From contig JBHGNT010000012.1 in the NCBI GenBank assembly GCA_043228905.1, positions 15,934,001-15,998,000 on the forward strand: 64,000 nucleotides of DNA, read 5' to 3'. Under the pieces are notes generated by a model. It searched no databases and was not told the DNA's origin. It saw only the letters and a list, made by a program, of their open reading frames with translations. The position numbers and the translations under genes were made by a program. Below, piece by piece: positions 46,851-60,136 of the stretch; within the stretch, counting starts at the first letter, position 1, and every line of letters starts with the position of its first letter. This DNA is from Azolla caroliniana (lineage: Eukaryota; Plantae; Polypodiophyta).

Positions 46851-49800
46851 AGAAACTTCCACCAGAATCCATAGCGGATTTCAGTCTGCGTTTCCAGAGT
46901 CTACGGCGAAACCTTACACAGACCCCGGTAGACGAAGAGGCCAAGGAAACATTTTTGGCAGCCCTACAACTGCCTATCTGGACGACGCTGAACATGCACA
47001 ATGTGAAAGGGGAGACGTCGGATATGATCATCGAGCGAGCATTACAGCTCGAGGTAGAGCAGGAAGATAAAGGGTTGTCCATGGTATGGCTATGGCAGGC
47101 GTTGCCTCAAGAAGACGAACATCGATTCTGCCAGGCCATTCAGTGCACAATTTGTTTAAACTCGGGGAATCCCCCAATCGAATGTAATATGAGAATACAT
47201 TGCCCCATTTGCCACTCCCAGGCACACATGGTGGATCAATGTGAGTACAATATGTTGAACAGGCCCACACATGTAATTTCGCAGGAATGACCAAGACCAA
47301 CAAGAGGAACGTCCCCGATATACAGACCGAAATCAAAGAACGGAGCACCAATACTGTCGCCACCGTAACAACAACCTGTATTCCGACGAAGAAGAGCAGG
47401 AAGAGGAAGAGTACCAGAATACTAACCGTTACAATCGGGAGGGGTATCTTTATGACAATCGACGTCCCACCAACAATCGCGGAGGATTCAACGGACCTCA
47501 TCCAAATGGTAACAATCGTCCGCCTAGGGACCAACGTCGTTATGGGGAGAGTTCACAAAATGAACAACGCCCAACGCCGCGTCGAGAATATCGTCAACAA
47601 CCCCGGAATAACAGGCGAATTTAGCAACCCCAGGAAGAGCAAGCCGTACCGGTAGAAACCAATATTGATTGTAGAGAGAGGCGAGTAAAGCGTACATTGT
47701 TTTGTGTGCCAACAACCTGGTCATTAAGCAACGTAGTGTCTGTGTCGCAAAGGTAAGGAACCAACCATAAATATAATCACGATAGAAGTCCAACAGGTCA
47801 CAACACAGTAGCAGGCAAAAAACACCGAATGGGCAGAACAAAATGACATACGCAAAGCAGCCCAGGCCTGGGTAGAGAAAACAAATGCGATGAACACGAA
47901 GTGTAAGAAACAAGAATCAGCGAACGCCCACTTGCAGACGGATGATAACGCAGTAGCACCAGACCCCATATGGCAATCATTGGCAGACTGTGAAATAACG
48001 ATGACCATGGATAAGCTCCTTCGCTTGGTTCCACGATTCCGATAGGTGGTAGCGAATCGTTTACGAGGCACAACCGTATTAAATGTCTCGGCCAATTTCA
48101 CGGAGTCTAGTACCAGCCCAGAAGTAATAGATCACCACAACCCGGCCATTAAATTGGTACTGAAGGGTCAAGAAATACCGGGATGCATCGTTGATGGGGG
48201 GTCCGGCGTAAACTTCATTAGTACAAGCACGTGTACTCGACTGGGCATTACAGATTAGGAAGCATGCCCTTTCTGGCTCCATATGGCAGACACTCGTTCC
48301 ATCAGGCCCCTCGGGTTAATTCAGAAATTAGGAATTGTCGTCGGAGGCCATCACTTTGACATCTTTGCGGTGGTGCTCGCAGTAGACGCTCTGGGAGCGT
48401 ATCCAATTTTGTTGGGCAAACCATGGTTACGCTCTACCAACATCAAATAGAATTGGTGGCATAAATGTATCAGCTTCCGACGAGGCCGCAACAAAGTCTG
48501 TGTCCCTACGCAAGAAACGACGGCCCTAACCAAGGGCAAAACACCATTATACGCCGAAGATATTAATATGCTAGAAGGATTGGATGATACTGAGCTTGAG
48601 GCATACCTTGATGAAAACCCGCGGATCGTGCCATTATCCGAAATTGACGTAATAGAAACCGTTGTGGAGTACACCCCAACTAGTATGCTTCAAGAAGAGG
48701 AGTATGAGCCTAATCCTGAGTCAATAATAGAGTTAAGTAGGGCACGAGAAGTGTTCGAAAAAGAAATGGAAATATCATGTCGAGTCATCTCTTCTACATT
48801 AGAAGAAGTCAACATCGGAACCACCGAGGTGCCACAATTACTCTCAATTGCTAGGGACCTCACCTCGGGTGAGAAGACTGCAATGACAAAACTGCTCCAG
48901 GAATATAGGGATGTTTTCGCATGGTCACACAAGGACATAAAAGGGTTGGATCCGAAATTTTATCAACACAAGATCAACTTGTCCACCAACGCGAAACCTA
49001 AGCAACAGCGGCGCTATCGAATGAACCTGAATTACGCGGCTCACATAAAAGAAGAAATTGACAAACTGTTGAAAGTAGGTTCGTTTGGCCGGTCAAACAA
49101 GCCACGTGGTTGAGTCCAATAGTCATGGTGCCGAAAAAGAATGGGAAAATACGCGTTTGTGTGGATTACCGCAAGCTAAATGTCGTAACAATTACAAATG
49201 CGTTTCCCTTACCTTTTATAGATAGTGTACTAGACGTCGTCGCGGACCATGACATTTATAGTTTTTTGGATGGCTTCAGCGGATACAATCAAGTATGTAT
49301 GCACCCTGACGACCAAGAGAAGATTGCGTTCGTCACGGACTAGGGCGTGTTCGTTGCCATAGTAATGATGTTTGGTTTGAAAACGGTGCCCGCCACTTTC
49401 TAGCGAACAATTGTGGAGATTTTTGGAGAATACATACCTGCATTTATGCAAGTTTTTCTCGACGAATTTGAGGTGTATGGAACGTGAGGGGAACATTTGG
49501 GGCATCTATGGCTTTGTTTGGAACGTTTTTGTACGTCACGCCTGAGTCTTAATCTGGCAAAATGTGCATTTGGTGTCACCAGTGGAGCACTGCTCAGACA
49601 TATAGTAAGCAAGGAGGGGATAGCTGCAGTAGACCTTAACAAAATCACGACAATCATCGAAGCAAAGACCCCGACTAAGGCCAAAGCCCTTGGCTGCTTC
49701 TTAGGGTAAATATGTTGGCACAGTCGTATGTTACGATACTTGGCGGATTTCGCGACTCCATTACAAGTCGTTGTACATGGTACTCCTTTCAAGTGGACGC

Positions 49801-50277
49801 GTATGAGGCACTGAAGATAATGGTAACCCAAGTACCAATCGTGCAACCACCAGATCTGACGACACCTTTTCACGTATTTGTAGATGCCTCAAATATCGCA
49901 ATAGGTAGTGCATTGATGCAGCTCACAGAGCCTAATTGGTACCGACCGGTTTATTACGCCAGTGGTAAATTATCAGATGCCGAACGGAACTACTGCACGA
50001 CCGAGCATGAGGCCTTGGGTATGATCTACACCATCAACAAATTCCAGCATTATCTACTCAGACAGAAATTTACATTTCACGTAGACCACGCGACATTACT
50101 CTACTTGGTCAAGAAGCAAACGTTGACAAGGAAGCTGGCCAGATGGATGTTGTTGCTCCAAAAGTTCGACTTAGTGAGTCAACATCAATTGGGTACATAG
50201 CATGTTGTAGTTGACTTCTTAACAGTGATAACGCGTTGCGACAAGATGATGACTTTCCCAATGCTAATATTCTGTAG

Positions 50278-51883
50278 TGTCGTGTGTTTTTTCACACACG
50301 ATATGAAAACTAGTAAAACAATTATTTAGGATTAGCTTGATGTATTCATACAGATAGATGTCTTCAAGAGTTTCATAGCATATTTTGCTACGCATGAAAT
50401 GGATAAACAAGTATCAAGTTATGTGAGTGTGAAGTTTGAAGAAGAAGAAAGAAAAGATGAAATTTGAGATATCCCACATAGATGGGACAACATTGAAACC
50501 CAGGATATATAAGGGAAACCAAAACATATTCTTTCTATCAATGTGTGGAGCACAAAACGTTCAAGGTGACTTGGGCTACACTGTGTGGTGTACGCGCGTA
50601 TGCGTATGCACGGTCGTGTTTAACGCTTCGGGCGTATGTGCACAAACGTGTGCTTCGGGCGTACGTGTGTGGATGTATGTGCGTATGCAAGTTTCGGGCG
50701 TACGTGTGCACGAGCGCGTGGATGCATACACGGTGCGGTCGGGACGCACGCATGCATGGATGCGTACGTGTGTGCACAGACGTGTGGATGTATGCGCGTG
50801 TGCAAGTTTCGGGCCCACGCATGCACGAGCGCACAGTGCGGTCGGGACGCACGCATGCGTGGATGTGTACACTGTCGCACGAGAATGCGTGCACGACCGC
50901 GTGGACGTTTTAGACAGACGCTAACGCTTCGGGCGTATGTGCACAAACGTTTGCTTCGGGCATACGTGTGTGGATGTATGCGCGTATGCAAGTTTCGGGC
51001 GTACGTGTGCACGAGCGCGCGGATGCATACACGGTGCGGTCGGGACGCACGCATGCATGGATGCGTACGTGTGTGCACAGACGTGTGGATGTATGCGCGT
51101 GTGCAAGTTTCGGGCCCACGCATGCACGAGCGCACAGTGCGGTCGGGACGCACGCATGCGTGGATGTGTACACTGTCGCACGGTTGGGACTTTTGCACGA
51201 GAATGCGTGCACGACCGCGTGGACGTTTTAGACAGACGCTTCGGACACGTCTACAGTTTGGTTGTGACACACGTACGAATTGCACACGGGCTAAACTTTA
51301 TGGATGATTGGGTCATTTGGCCAAATTATACGGACGATCGCATGCAACTAAAAGCCAAGGCCATGAGACTAAAAGTAAAAGGCATGCAACTAAAAATAGA
51401 GGCCATGCAACGAAAAGTGGACATGCAAAGTAACATTGGGAAGGAGGATCAACAAAGAGTGGAATATATGTTCCATTCTTTTTGCCCTCTACTTTTTTTT
51501 TCCTCTTCCTTCTTCTTCTTCTCTCTCCCATTTCCTTAGGGAACAAATTATCACTCAGATTGATATCAAACTCTTGGCTTGGCTTGCTCAATCTTTCTTG
51601 TCAAAAAAATATCTCTCATATTCATATTGGACCACTCCTTACATGACTGTTGGCTCCTTTCTTTTAAAATATTTTTTTTGTCATTTTCATCTCCAACCCG
51701 TTGTAACAAGATTCTTGAATTATAAAAGAATATATTTTCTTATGCAATAAATTAACATTTTCTCTCATCTATTCGTCTTATATGTAAATTACTTGTGTTG
51801 TACGTGTTGCACTAAATCCTTCCAGTCCAGAACCCCGACGGTTCCGCCTCACGATCCGCACATAGTGACGGATTTTCACGACA
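50278..51883 (+). mobile_element. Solo LTR K (1606 bp) with 4-bp TSD GTAG/GCAG
   Basis: Ends TGTCGTG...CACGACA. Removal restores host ANILQVATT in frame. U5 motif shared with E, F and E2. Confidence 0.88.
50590..51290. repeat. Alternating purine-pyrimidine, CpG-rich repeat with a ~301-bp duplication inside K
   Basis: TAACGCTTCGGGCGTATGTGCACAAACG at 50621 and 50922. Sub-repeats TTCGGGCGTACGTGTG and GTGCGGTCGGGACGCACGCATGC. Confidence 0.92.
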
Positions 51884-52475
51884 GCAGGTTGCGACCACGG
51901 TGTCACGAGAAGAAAAGAATTTTCTGGATCATTGGCTCGTGGAGATGACCTAATTTTTTACCACAGGGTTGCCACCACCATAGCTACCAACGGACGAAAA
52001 GAAACGACTGGCAGTCCGGAGTTGTAACTTCTGTCTGGTCGAGGGCGTACTCTACCAAAAAGGCAGCGATGGCATTTGGCGGTGTGGAATACGGCAGGAT
52101 GAGAAGGAAGTCGTACTATGCGAAGCTCATTGTGGTACGACCGAAGGACATTACGCAGGTGATGTCACAGCTAGAAAAGTATGGCAAGCAGGTCTTTGGT
52201 AGTATCCACGGGATACGACAACAAAATCTGACATGGGAAGCATTTGAAGAGGCCCTAAAGACCATGTTCGCCATCAAGGATTCCTCCAAGGTAACGAGGA
52301 GAGGATTTGAAGATTGGGTGGAAACGCCGGACAAAGGGATGAAGGTCCTCGATGTGTTTTCGGCATTCAAAAGTCGGTTCGGGAGGTTGTCCGCGAGAGA
52401 TCAAGCTATCCTCGCACCGGACAAAGTGATCATGTTACTACGAGCCGTGGACGTCCGTGGACGTCCTCTTTAATT

Positions 52476-55153
52476 AGCCATTACTTGGCCGATTCTAGGG
52501 ATATGTGGTGGTCTTGAGGAGGTGCATGTCAACTACCCTAGGGTTTCGTATCTTAGGGCATGTTTGATTCCATACACCTAATTGTTGATTATTCTAATTA
52601 AATCTTAATTTCATAAGTATTGTTTCACTTATATGATTTTCTAGTAATTATTATTTACCCGCCCACAATTAACTCTCCTTTTTCCACTTCCTTTTCATGT
52701 ATAAAGTATTTACATCGTTTATTTTAATGTAACCTTTACGTGTAGACTATTTTTTCGTATGGAGTGGCTTGTTGAACGATTTTTTTTCAACGGGTCATCT
52801 AGGTTTAACTCTTATCATCAAGCCTTAGAAAACGAGTAAAACCATATGAGTTCCCTTATTGATGTTTTACTCATGGATTTGAGTATTACATCTTTGCGCA
52901 CAACACCGTCATCACTTGTATCAATTTGTGGCTTATGTCACAATTGTGCAAGTTATAACAATCATATTAGGATGTATATGTGCATACCTCGCACTTCCCA
53001 TTTATTTGTGACATTGTTTTTTTCGTAGGTAACACATGGGTTCTTTTTTTTTACCCTTGTTTTCGTCACTACTTAACTCTTATGAGTAGTGCCTTATTTT
53101 ATCATTTTATCATCACGTTTGCTTATTGCTCGCAAGACTAGAATATTACTTGTGAGTGCACTTGTTTTTTCACGTAATACACTTTCTCGACCATATAATA
53201 CATGATGGGTTGGCATTAATATAAGGCTATCTAGGAAATTTCATTGATGTAAGAACCATGGTTGAGCCTCGGGGAGCCGCCATGATTACTCAAGATAGAG
53301 ATCCGAGAAATACATCTTAGCTATGTTTTCCCCCATGGTTTTTAAAACACCATAGTGTTACCATAGTTATCGGATCTCGAATCACATCTCATATGTCTAG
53401 AGGGGTAAAGACATGAGATACTTTCTTGGATAAAGTTCTTTCAATCAAAATTTCAAGCATTCATTTTGCTTGTGTATTTTCTGAACCTCCTTATTTTATT
53501 GCATACCCACAGCGTGCATCATGGAACAAGTTTTGAACGCAGTTGGAACGATCTCTCCACATGAGACCTCTCAACCCCAATCCGCATCTCGCACACAAGC
53601 TGAGATCACTATTGAGCAATTGCTCACTACTACCTTGAATCAATTGGCCGAAATGAGACAGGCCAATATGGCATTGGAAAAGAAATTCCAAGAATTAACT
53701 ATTGAGTCCAAGAAAGAAGGTGAACCTTCCTTCGTAGTCACGCCTTTCAAGGGAGATAAGAAAGAAAGAACCGAGGAGGCCATTAGCACTTGGCTTGGTC
53801 GTTGGGAGTCTCACTTTGAGCTTCATCCCAAGCCCGATGCAGTAAAAATTGGTTATGTCGGTCGTGAGTTAGGTGGCCGAGTTGCTGCTTGGTGGCGTGG
53901 CCTAAGGACCGCAAAAAACTTACCCACAACTTGGGAAGGTTTCGTTGATGTTTTTAAGAAACAATTCTTGCAGCCACCTTCTCAAACCGAACAAGCACAA
54001 CACTTGCTCACATTGTCTAGTAAGCCATTTACCTCTCTCGAGGATTATGTGCATCACGCTCGGACCCAGATCCAAAAATCGGGACTTACGGGTGAGAAAT
54101 GGTTTGTCGCTTGTTTTTTGAATGGTATTCCCAATGGGGATTATCATTGGATTGTCCATGACAAGGACCCCACAACTTTCGAGGAAGCCGTCAACATTGT
54201 GTTGCGATACCATAGGACTTCCAAGAAAGACCACAATAAACCTGAGTTCGCCAAAACTCCGAATGTCAAGTTCATTGGGAAACGTAAGCAATCCAGTGAC
54301 ACTCTTGACCGCGACTCAAAGAAACCGAACCTCTTCTGTGCATATTGCAAGAAGCGGGGCCACACAAAGGATACTTGTCGTCGTCTTGAGAGGAAGTCAA
54401 TGAACACCCCTCCTCAAGACAAATCTACGAGTCACACAGGTGAGTCTTTTGATATTGTTGAAGTTCATACCAATCACTTAAGTTTATGTGAATGCACTTT
54501 TCCTTCACATTTACTTGGACCTAATGATTTACTCCGAGCAGTCGGATATATCAATGGAACACAAACACATTTCTTGTTTGATTCCGGTAGTTCTCACAAT
54601 TTTCTTAATGATCACTTTGTGCAGCAAATAGAGCTCCACATAAACGCAAGTGATCATATCTATCAAGTTCACATGGCAAATGGAAACGTTCAATACAACA
54701 GTGGCATTGTTTGTCAACTGCCAATTCAAATAGATACTTATTTGGAGAAGCTTGACTTTCATGTTATGAGATTACAATCCGCAGATGTCATTTTAGGATA
54801 TCCTTGGTTTTTTAATAAAAACCCTTCTTTGTCCATTGATTGGGTTAATCACTCAATCACATTTGAACTTAATAATTGTATAAAATAGCACTGTTAAGAG
54901 TCTATTACTAATCAATAGACCAAATCAAGTAAAAAGGAAGAAAATAGATTGGATAGAAGAACCCGTTCCACCCGACCACCCCCGAGCTATGATCTAGACA
55001 TAGCCAACCTACCACCGACGTCCCATACCGCCGGATATTAGGATGACTAATACCTTGGAAGAGATAAACACGATCGTCGAGACGAAAGCCTAGCCCGCAC
55101 CACCGGTGTCTACGATAGCAGCCTTCCGACGTGATCCCTATGAGGGTAGCTTG
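52476..55153 (+). mobile_element. Second chromovirus copy M2: leader, gag and PR (52476-54880), followed by an inverted 3' end of its own family's LTR (54892-55153)
   Basis: 52476-54880 parallels about 34316-36716. 54892-55153 is the reverse complement of about 33445-33705. Confidence 0.9.
53521..54888 (+). CDS. gag: Intact gag-protease ORF (455 aa) of M2, ended by the rearrangement junction
   Basis: ATG-initiated with no stops. LGGRVAAWW, CAYCKKRGHTKDTC, FLFDSGSSHNF, VILGYPW. Confidence 0.88.
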   Translation: MEQVLNAVGTISPHETSQPQSASRTQAEITIEQLLTTTLNQLAEMRQANMALEKKFQELTIESKKEGEPSFVVTPFKGDKKERTEEAISTWLGRWESHFELHPKPDAVKIGYVGRELGGRVAAWWRGLRTAKNLPTTWEGFVDVFKKQFLQPPSQTEQAQHLLTLSSKPFTSLEDYVHHARTQIQKSGLTGEKWFVACFLNGIPNGDYHWIVHDKDPTTFEEAVNIVLRYHRTSKKDHNKPEFAKTPNVKFIGKRKQSSDTLDRDSKKPNLFCAYCKKRGHTKDTCRRLERKSMNTPPQDKSTSHTGESFDIVEVHTNHLSLCECTFPSHLLGPNDLLRAVGYINGTQTHFLFDSGSSHNFLNDHFVQQIELHINASDHIYQVHMANGNVQYNSGIVCQLPIQIDTYLEKLDFHVMRLQSADVILGYPWFFNKNPSLSIDWVNHSITFELNNCIK

Positions 55154-58100
55154 ACCATGTGCCATGGAACTTGAAGCCAATTCCGGTGCCATGGGCGCAT
55201 ATTCCCAAAATCATCGACTTGCTCAAGGAGAAGGTGGGATTCTAGATCCATCAAACGCTCCGTACTCAAATCGATGGTTTACGGTTCCGAAGAAGAAGGG
55301 GTTACTCCGATTTATCCAAGACTTGCAACCGGTGAACAAGGTCACAATCCGGAACTCCGGAGTCGGTCCGATAGTAGACAAATTTGCGGAAGCATTTGCC
55401 AGTCATGCGATATACTCCATCGGAGACCTATATTCAGGGTATGACCAATTCCAACTAGTCGTGGAGAGCTGAGACATCACTACCATGCAATCACCGATAG
55501 GATTAGTCTGAATGTGCACACTACCACAAGGAGCGACAAACTCGGTTGCACATATGATGAACGTGATGAACAAGGTGCTTCGAGATTGCATTTCGAAGAT
55601 AACGATGTCGTTCCTAGATGACATTCCGATGAAAGGATGCGCGGTCGAAGAAAAAGATGAAACTATGGATGATCGGGGATGCTGAAAGTTCGTAGTCGAC
55701 CATATTCGTGATTGGGAGAAAGTACTTCGAAAGTTAGAAGATGTGCACCTAACACTTTCTGGGGAGAAATCGGCATTCGGGCAAGAAGAGATATTGGTAG
55801 TCGGACATCTCTGTGGACCCTACGGCCGAAGACCGTCACCAACCAAGATCGATACGATTCAAGCTATGAAAGAAGTATGTGAGTCATAATCCAGAGTCTG
55901 AAGGTTTCTTGGAGCTTGTGCATTTTATCACATATGGATTCCGCACTGTGCACATATTGCGGACCCACTCTATCACTTATTGCAAACGGGGAAGAAGTTC
56001 GAATGGAAACCGGAACACACCAAATCCATGAAGAAGCTTAAGAAAACACTACGGAGGACTGAAGCACTTAAGAAGCTAAGTTATGAGCGACCAATCATAG
56101 TAACAGTTGATACAAGTCCAACCAGGATCGAATAGGTCATCAATCAAGCCAACTCGGATGGTTTGCGATATCCGATCAGATTCGGAGCAAAGGTTCTCAA
56201 CGAAACGCAACGCGGATATGCACAAGTCAAAAGAGAATTATGGGGAGTCGTGTCGGCAAATCAAATTGGATCGAGATTATTTGATCAGAGCCGAAGTAGT
56301 GATCGAAACGGATTGTCTTCCGATACTCGGGATGATGCAGTGTTGCACGATACCGGATGTGTCTATGCTAAGATGGATTGCATATGTTAAGTCGCTTAAC
56401 GCGGATGTACAACACATCTCCGAAAAAGACAATGTGGTAGCGGATATGATATCAAGGGCTTGGTTCAGAGACGACATAGCCGAATCCAATAATGAAGAAG
56501 TTTCTGAAGACTACTTTGCTTCAGAGCACATAATATGCCGAGTAAACGTAAGCCAAGAATTCCGAGAAGAAGAATATGAGGGAGAAAGCTTGATGATTGG
56601 GAAGGTGCTACAAGAGATTGAGGAATCATCGGACGATAAAGAGAAGAGGGCCGAGATCCGAAGGAAGAAGAGGAAAGTCCAAAAGTTCTTCTTGAAAAAT
56701 GGATTAATATGGAGGGAGCCGAAAAGACCGGATGGCATACCACTTCGGGTAGTCGGGACGAAAGAGCAATGAAACCGGATAATTTCTGAGTTTCATGAAT
56801 CTGATTGGGCTGGACATCGAGGGACATGGGCAACTTTGTGAAAATCAAACAAAAATAATAGTGGAAGAATATGTACAAAGATATAGCAGAGTTTACGGAA
56901 AGCTGCGAGAAGTGTCAAATCTACTCTGGAGTTCAACACCGAGATGAGTTACATCCGACATTCTCACTGACAATGAACTTCAAATGGATGGTCAATATTG
57001 TAGCCATGCCAACCGGGATCAGACAAAAGAAGTACTTGGTGTCAGATCGGGAAGATCTCACAAACCAAGTAGAAGGTCGGGCGCTACGAAGGAAAACGTG
57101 TTCTGCGGTATGCCAATTTCTTTTGGAGGAGGTGTTTTGCAGGTACGGGTGCGTAGGACAAGTGATTGCGGATCAGGGAGAACTCGACTTTGATAAAGTT
57201 AGGGAATTCTTCACCAAACATGGAGTTCGGCTAACACTAACAACGGCATACAATCCGGAGGCCAACAGGAAAATCGAACAAGGACATAGTCCGATCATCA
57301 AAGCACTTGCCAAAGCATGCGACGGAAGGGTGAAGGATTGGCCGCAGATGCTCCCCGATGCACTATGGGCGGATCGGACGACGCATAGCTCCGTAACCGG
57401 TTATATCCCGACAGAACTTATACCCGGACAAGCACCGGTAATGCCGAAGGAAACCTCGATCGCGACATGGACAATGCTACCGTGGAAGGAAGAGATGAGC
57501 CGGGAAGAAGTATTAGCGGTCCGGATACAGCAACTAGAGGGAAGACTGGAAGACATAGCGGAAGCAACACACCAACAACAAGAAGCGTGATTCAGGAACA
57601 AAAGCCGATTCAACACAAAACATCGACTATGACCGCGGAAGTTTGAAGAAGGAGATTGAGTGATTGTCTATGATAGTAGTCTGGATCATCAACATACAAC
57701 GATACGGAAGTTCGGGCCATACGAGGTTCGGAAAGTTTTCGACAACGGAACTTACCGACTATGCGAGTTGGATGGGACGATACTACGAGTGCCTATAGCG
57801 GGGAAACGGTAAAGATCTTCAAGAAGCAGACTAACGACAAACCCTATGTAACCTAGACAAGACCGACAACGAGGAGCAACCGGACAAAGATCGTGTTGAT
57901 GTGGAAAGCGAGGAATTGGGTAGTGCTACGGATGAAGACGAACAACAGGAATCGGGAACTTCGGCACATACCGGAGGATGTGCGGGTTTGGGGGGCGAGT
58001 GTCATAGTGTAATTTGCACACTACGTGAAAATTGCATTTTTATCCCTCCAGATGGAACCGGCAAGGAGGAACCGCTAAGGAGACCCGGTAAGAACCGGAT

Positions 58101-60136
58101 CAAGCCGGATAAAGTAGGCCCATGAGAGCCTCTCACCGGATGAAGAGACAAATTTGTAAATAGAAGAAAAGATTGTTACATGCATAGGGCAAGATTCGAA
58201 CCCTGTTCCTTCAGATTAGCGATTTTTAAGCCTTACGATTATACTAGCATATTATGAATTTTAAAGTTATACTAAACTTTATCCCATGTAAATATTCTAG
58301 ATATGCATGGTACAAAAAGTTATTCATGCATACACACTCGAGTTAAAAGAAAAGATGGGATAGAAACCTAATCATGCACATGTAGTGTGTATGAAAACTA
58401 AAGTTAGGAAAAGCATGATGCTTGCATGTGATAAACTGAGACTCTTCCAACACTATAATAAAAGGAAGAGAGAAAGATGTATAGGTGTTGTTGATTTTTA
58501 TAAGGTTTGAATAATATAAAATAATCGTGGGATTCACGATTTTGCCATCTGTTTCTCTCTTACAATCTAAGTATCAATTAATACACTATACTCGTGGGAT
58601 TCACGGGTTTCATATCTTCTTCTTGCAATCTCTTGCTAACTAACATTATCTCATATTCTTCTTTCTCCTAGTCCAAAACCCCAGTGGTTCCCACCTGACT
58701 CACGCAAACGATCCGCCGCCGAAAGGCACGACAACGCATATCAATACTGTAAACAATGTGATCTGTGTCAACGCTTGGGGCAAACTACGGAGCTCGCAAG
58801 AATGCCTCACCAACCAGTACTTCCACTTGACCCGTTCCAAAAATGGGGTCTCGATTTTGTCGGTCCCTTTATACCGGCAGCAGCACGTACAGGCAACAAA
58901 TATGTTCTCATGGCCATAGATTACTACACAAAATGGGTAGAAGCCAAACCATTACAGGACAATACTATGACGTTCACGACAAGATTCCTTTATGAACACA
59001 TCTGGTGCCATTTTGGTTGCCCAATAGAGCTCATAAGCGACCAAGGGAGCCATTTCTTGAATTCGTTCATCCACAAACTCACACACCATTACGTCGTAGC
59101 ACACAAGAAGAGTATGCCATATTACCCACAGGCAAATGGGTTAGCAGAATCCACGAACAAGACACTACAGAATATCTTGAAAAAGATTGTGAATGAGAAT
59201 AGAACAAACTGGAACACAAAGCTGCATAGTGCTTTGTGGGCGTACTGAACGAGTTACAAAACAAGTATACAGTCCACGCCTTTCCAGTTAGCGTTTGGGT
59301 TAGAGTCCGTAATGCCCATCGAATTCTAGGTGCCCAGTTTGCGGATTCAAGTATGCAACAGATTGTCGGAAGGCTAGTCAGAGCAGATCCGACTGCAACA
59401 ACTACTCGAACTAGGCGAAGCTCGGGTCCGCAGCATGGCCATATTAGAACAAGAGCAATGATGGCGTAGGGCGTTCTAAAATCGACATCAGAACAGACTA
59501 GAGAAAGACTTCAAGGTTGGGAAAGCCGTACTAGTCTTTCAAACACGCATAAGACCAATGCTTGGAAGGTTTTGATTCGACTAGACAGGGCCGTACTGGA
59601 TAATTTGGGCGGAAAATAGAACCTTTCAGTTAGGTACCCTCATCGGAGAAGTGTTACGCAAAAACGTGAACAGATTTCGACTACAGCCTTACCTGGGACC
59701 TACGCCCCCAAACCCGTTTCCCGCCGTAACGGACACGGCAGATGGATCCCACACTAACCAATAGCCGAGACCCACAGGTAACAAATGTAACAGTAATGTT
59801 GTACCAGTAATTGTTGGAAAAAATAAAAAAATAAAAAAGAGAGAAGATATTCACGACTATTAAAAGGACTTTATGCATGGACAAGTCCCAAAAACAAGAA
59901 CACGCGTCGCCACGATGTCACACAGGCCTATGAACCCTAATGCACAAAAAGACGGAAATAGACGGTTTTCTGCACATTACAGAAAACAGCCTCCAGCTTC
60001 CTACTATCCTCGTACTCTTCGCTCTCCTCGTGCTCCTCATTCTCCTCGCTCTCCTGCATACCGCAAGCACCACACACAACGCAGCTCACGTGCTTCACCT
60101 ATCCAGCTCTCTCTGCACAAACCCTGTCCACACACG

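Larger units (their letters stand above)
52201..58733 (+). mobile_element. E-family gypsy remnant E2: gag fragment 52201-52465, pol 55154-57990, 3' LTR 58000-58733
   Basis: gag TWEAFEEAL...FKSRFGRLSARD resembles E gag. pol HVPWNLKPIP, PYSNRWFTVPKK, FLDDIP, VDTSP, AYNPEAN. The pre-LTR motif matches E. The LTR ends CACGACA and J integrase (AYQYCKQC) resumes. Confidence 0.85.

Noticed and set aside
50436-51539. Many overlapping Cys/His/Arg-rich ORFs on both strands
   Set aside because: Alternating RY sequence lacks stop codons. There is no domain motif and the region lies within a solo LTR.
50160-52200. Archaeal-type RNase H (Tat lineage) in J
   Set aside because: After removing K, RH runs into the integrase N-terminus with no room or motif for a second RNase H.
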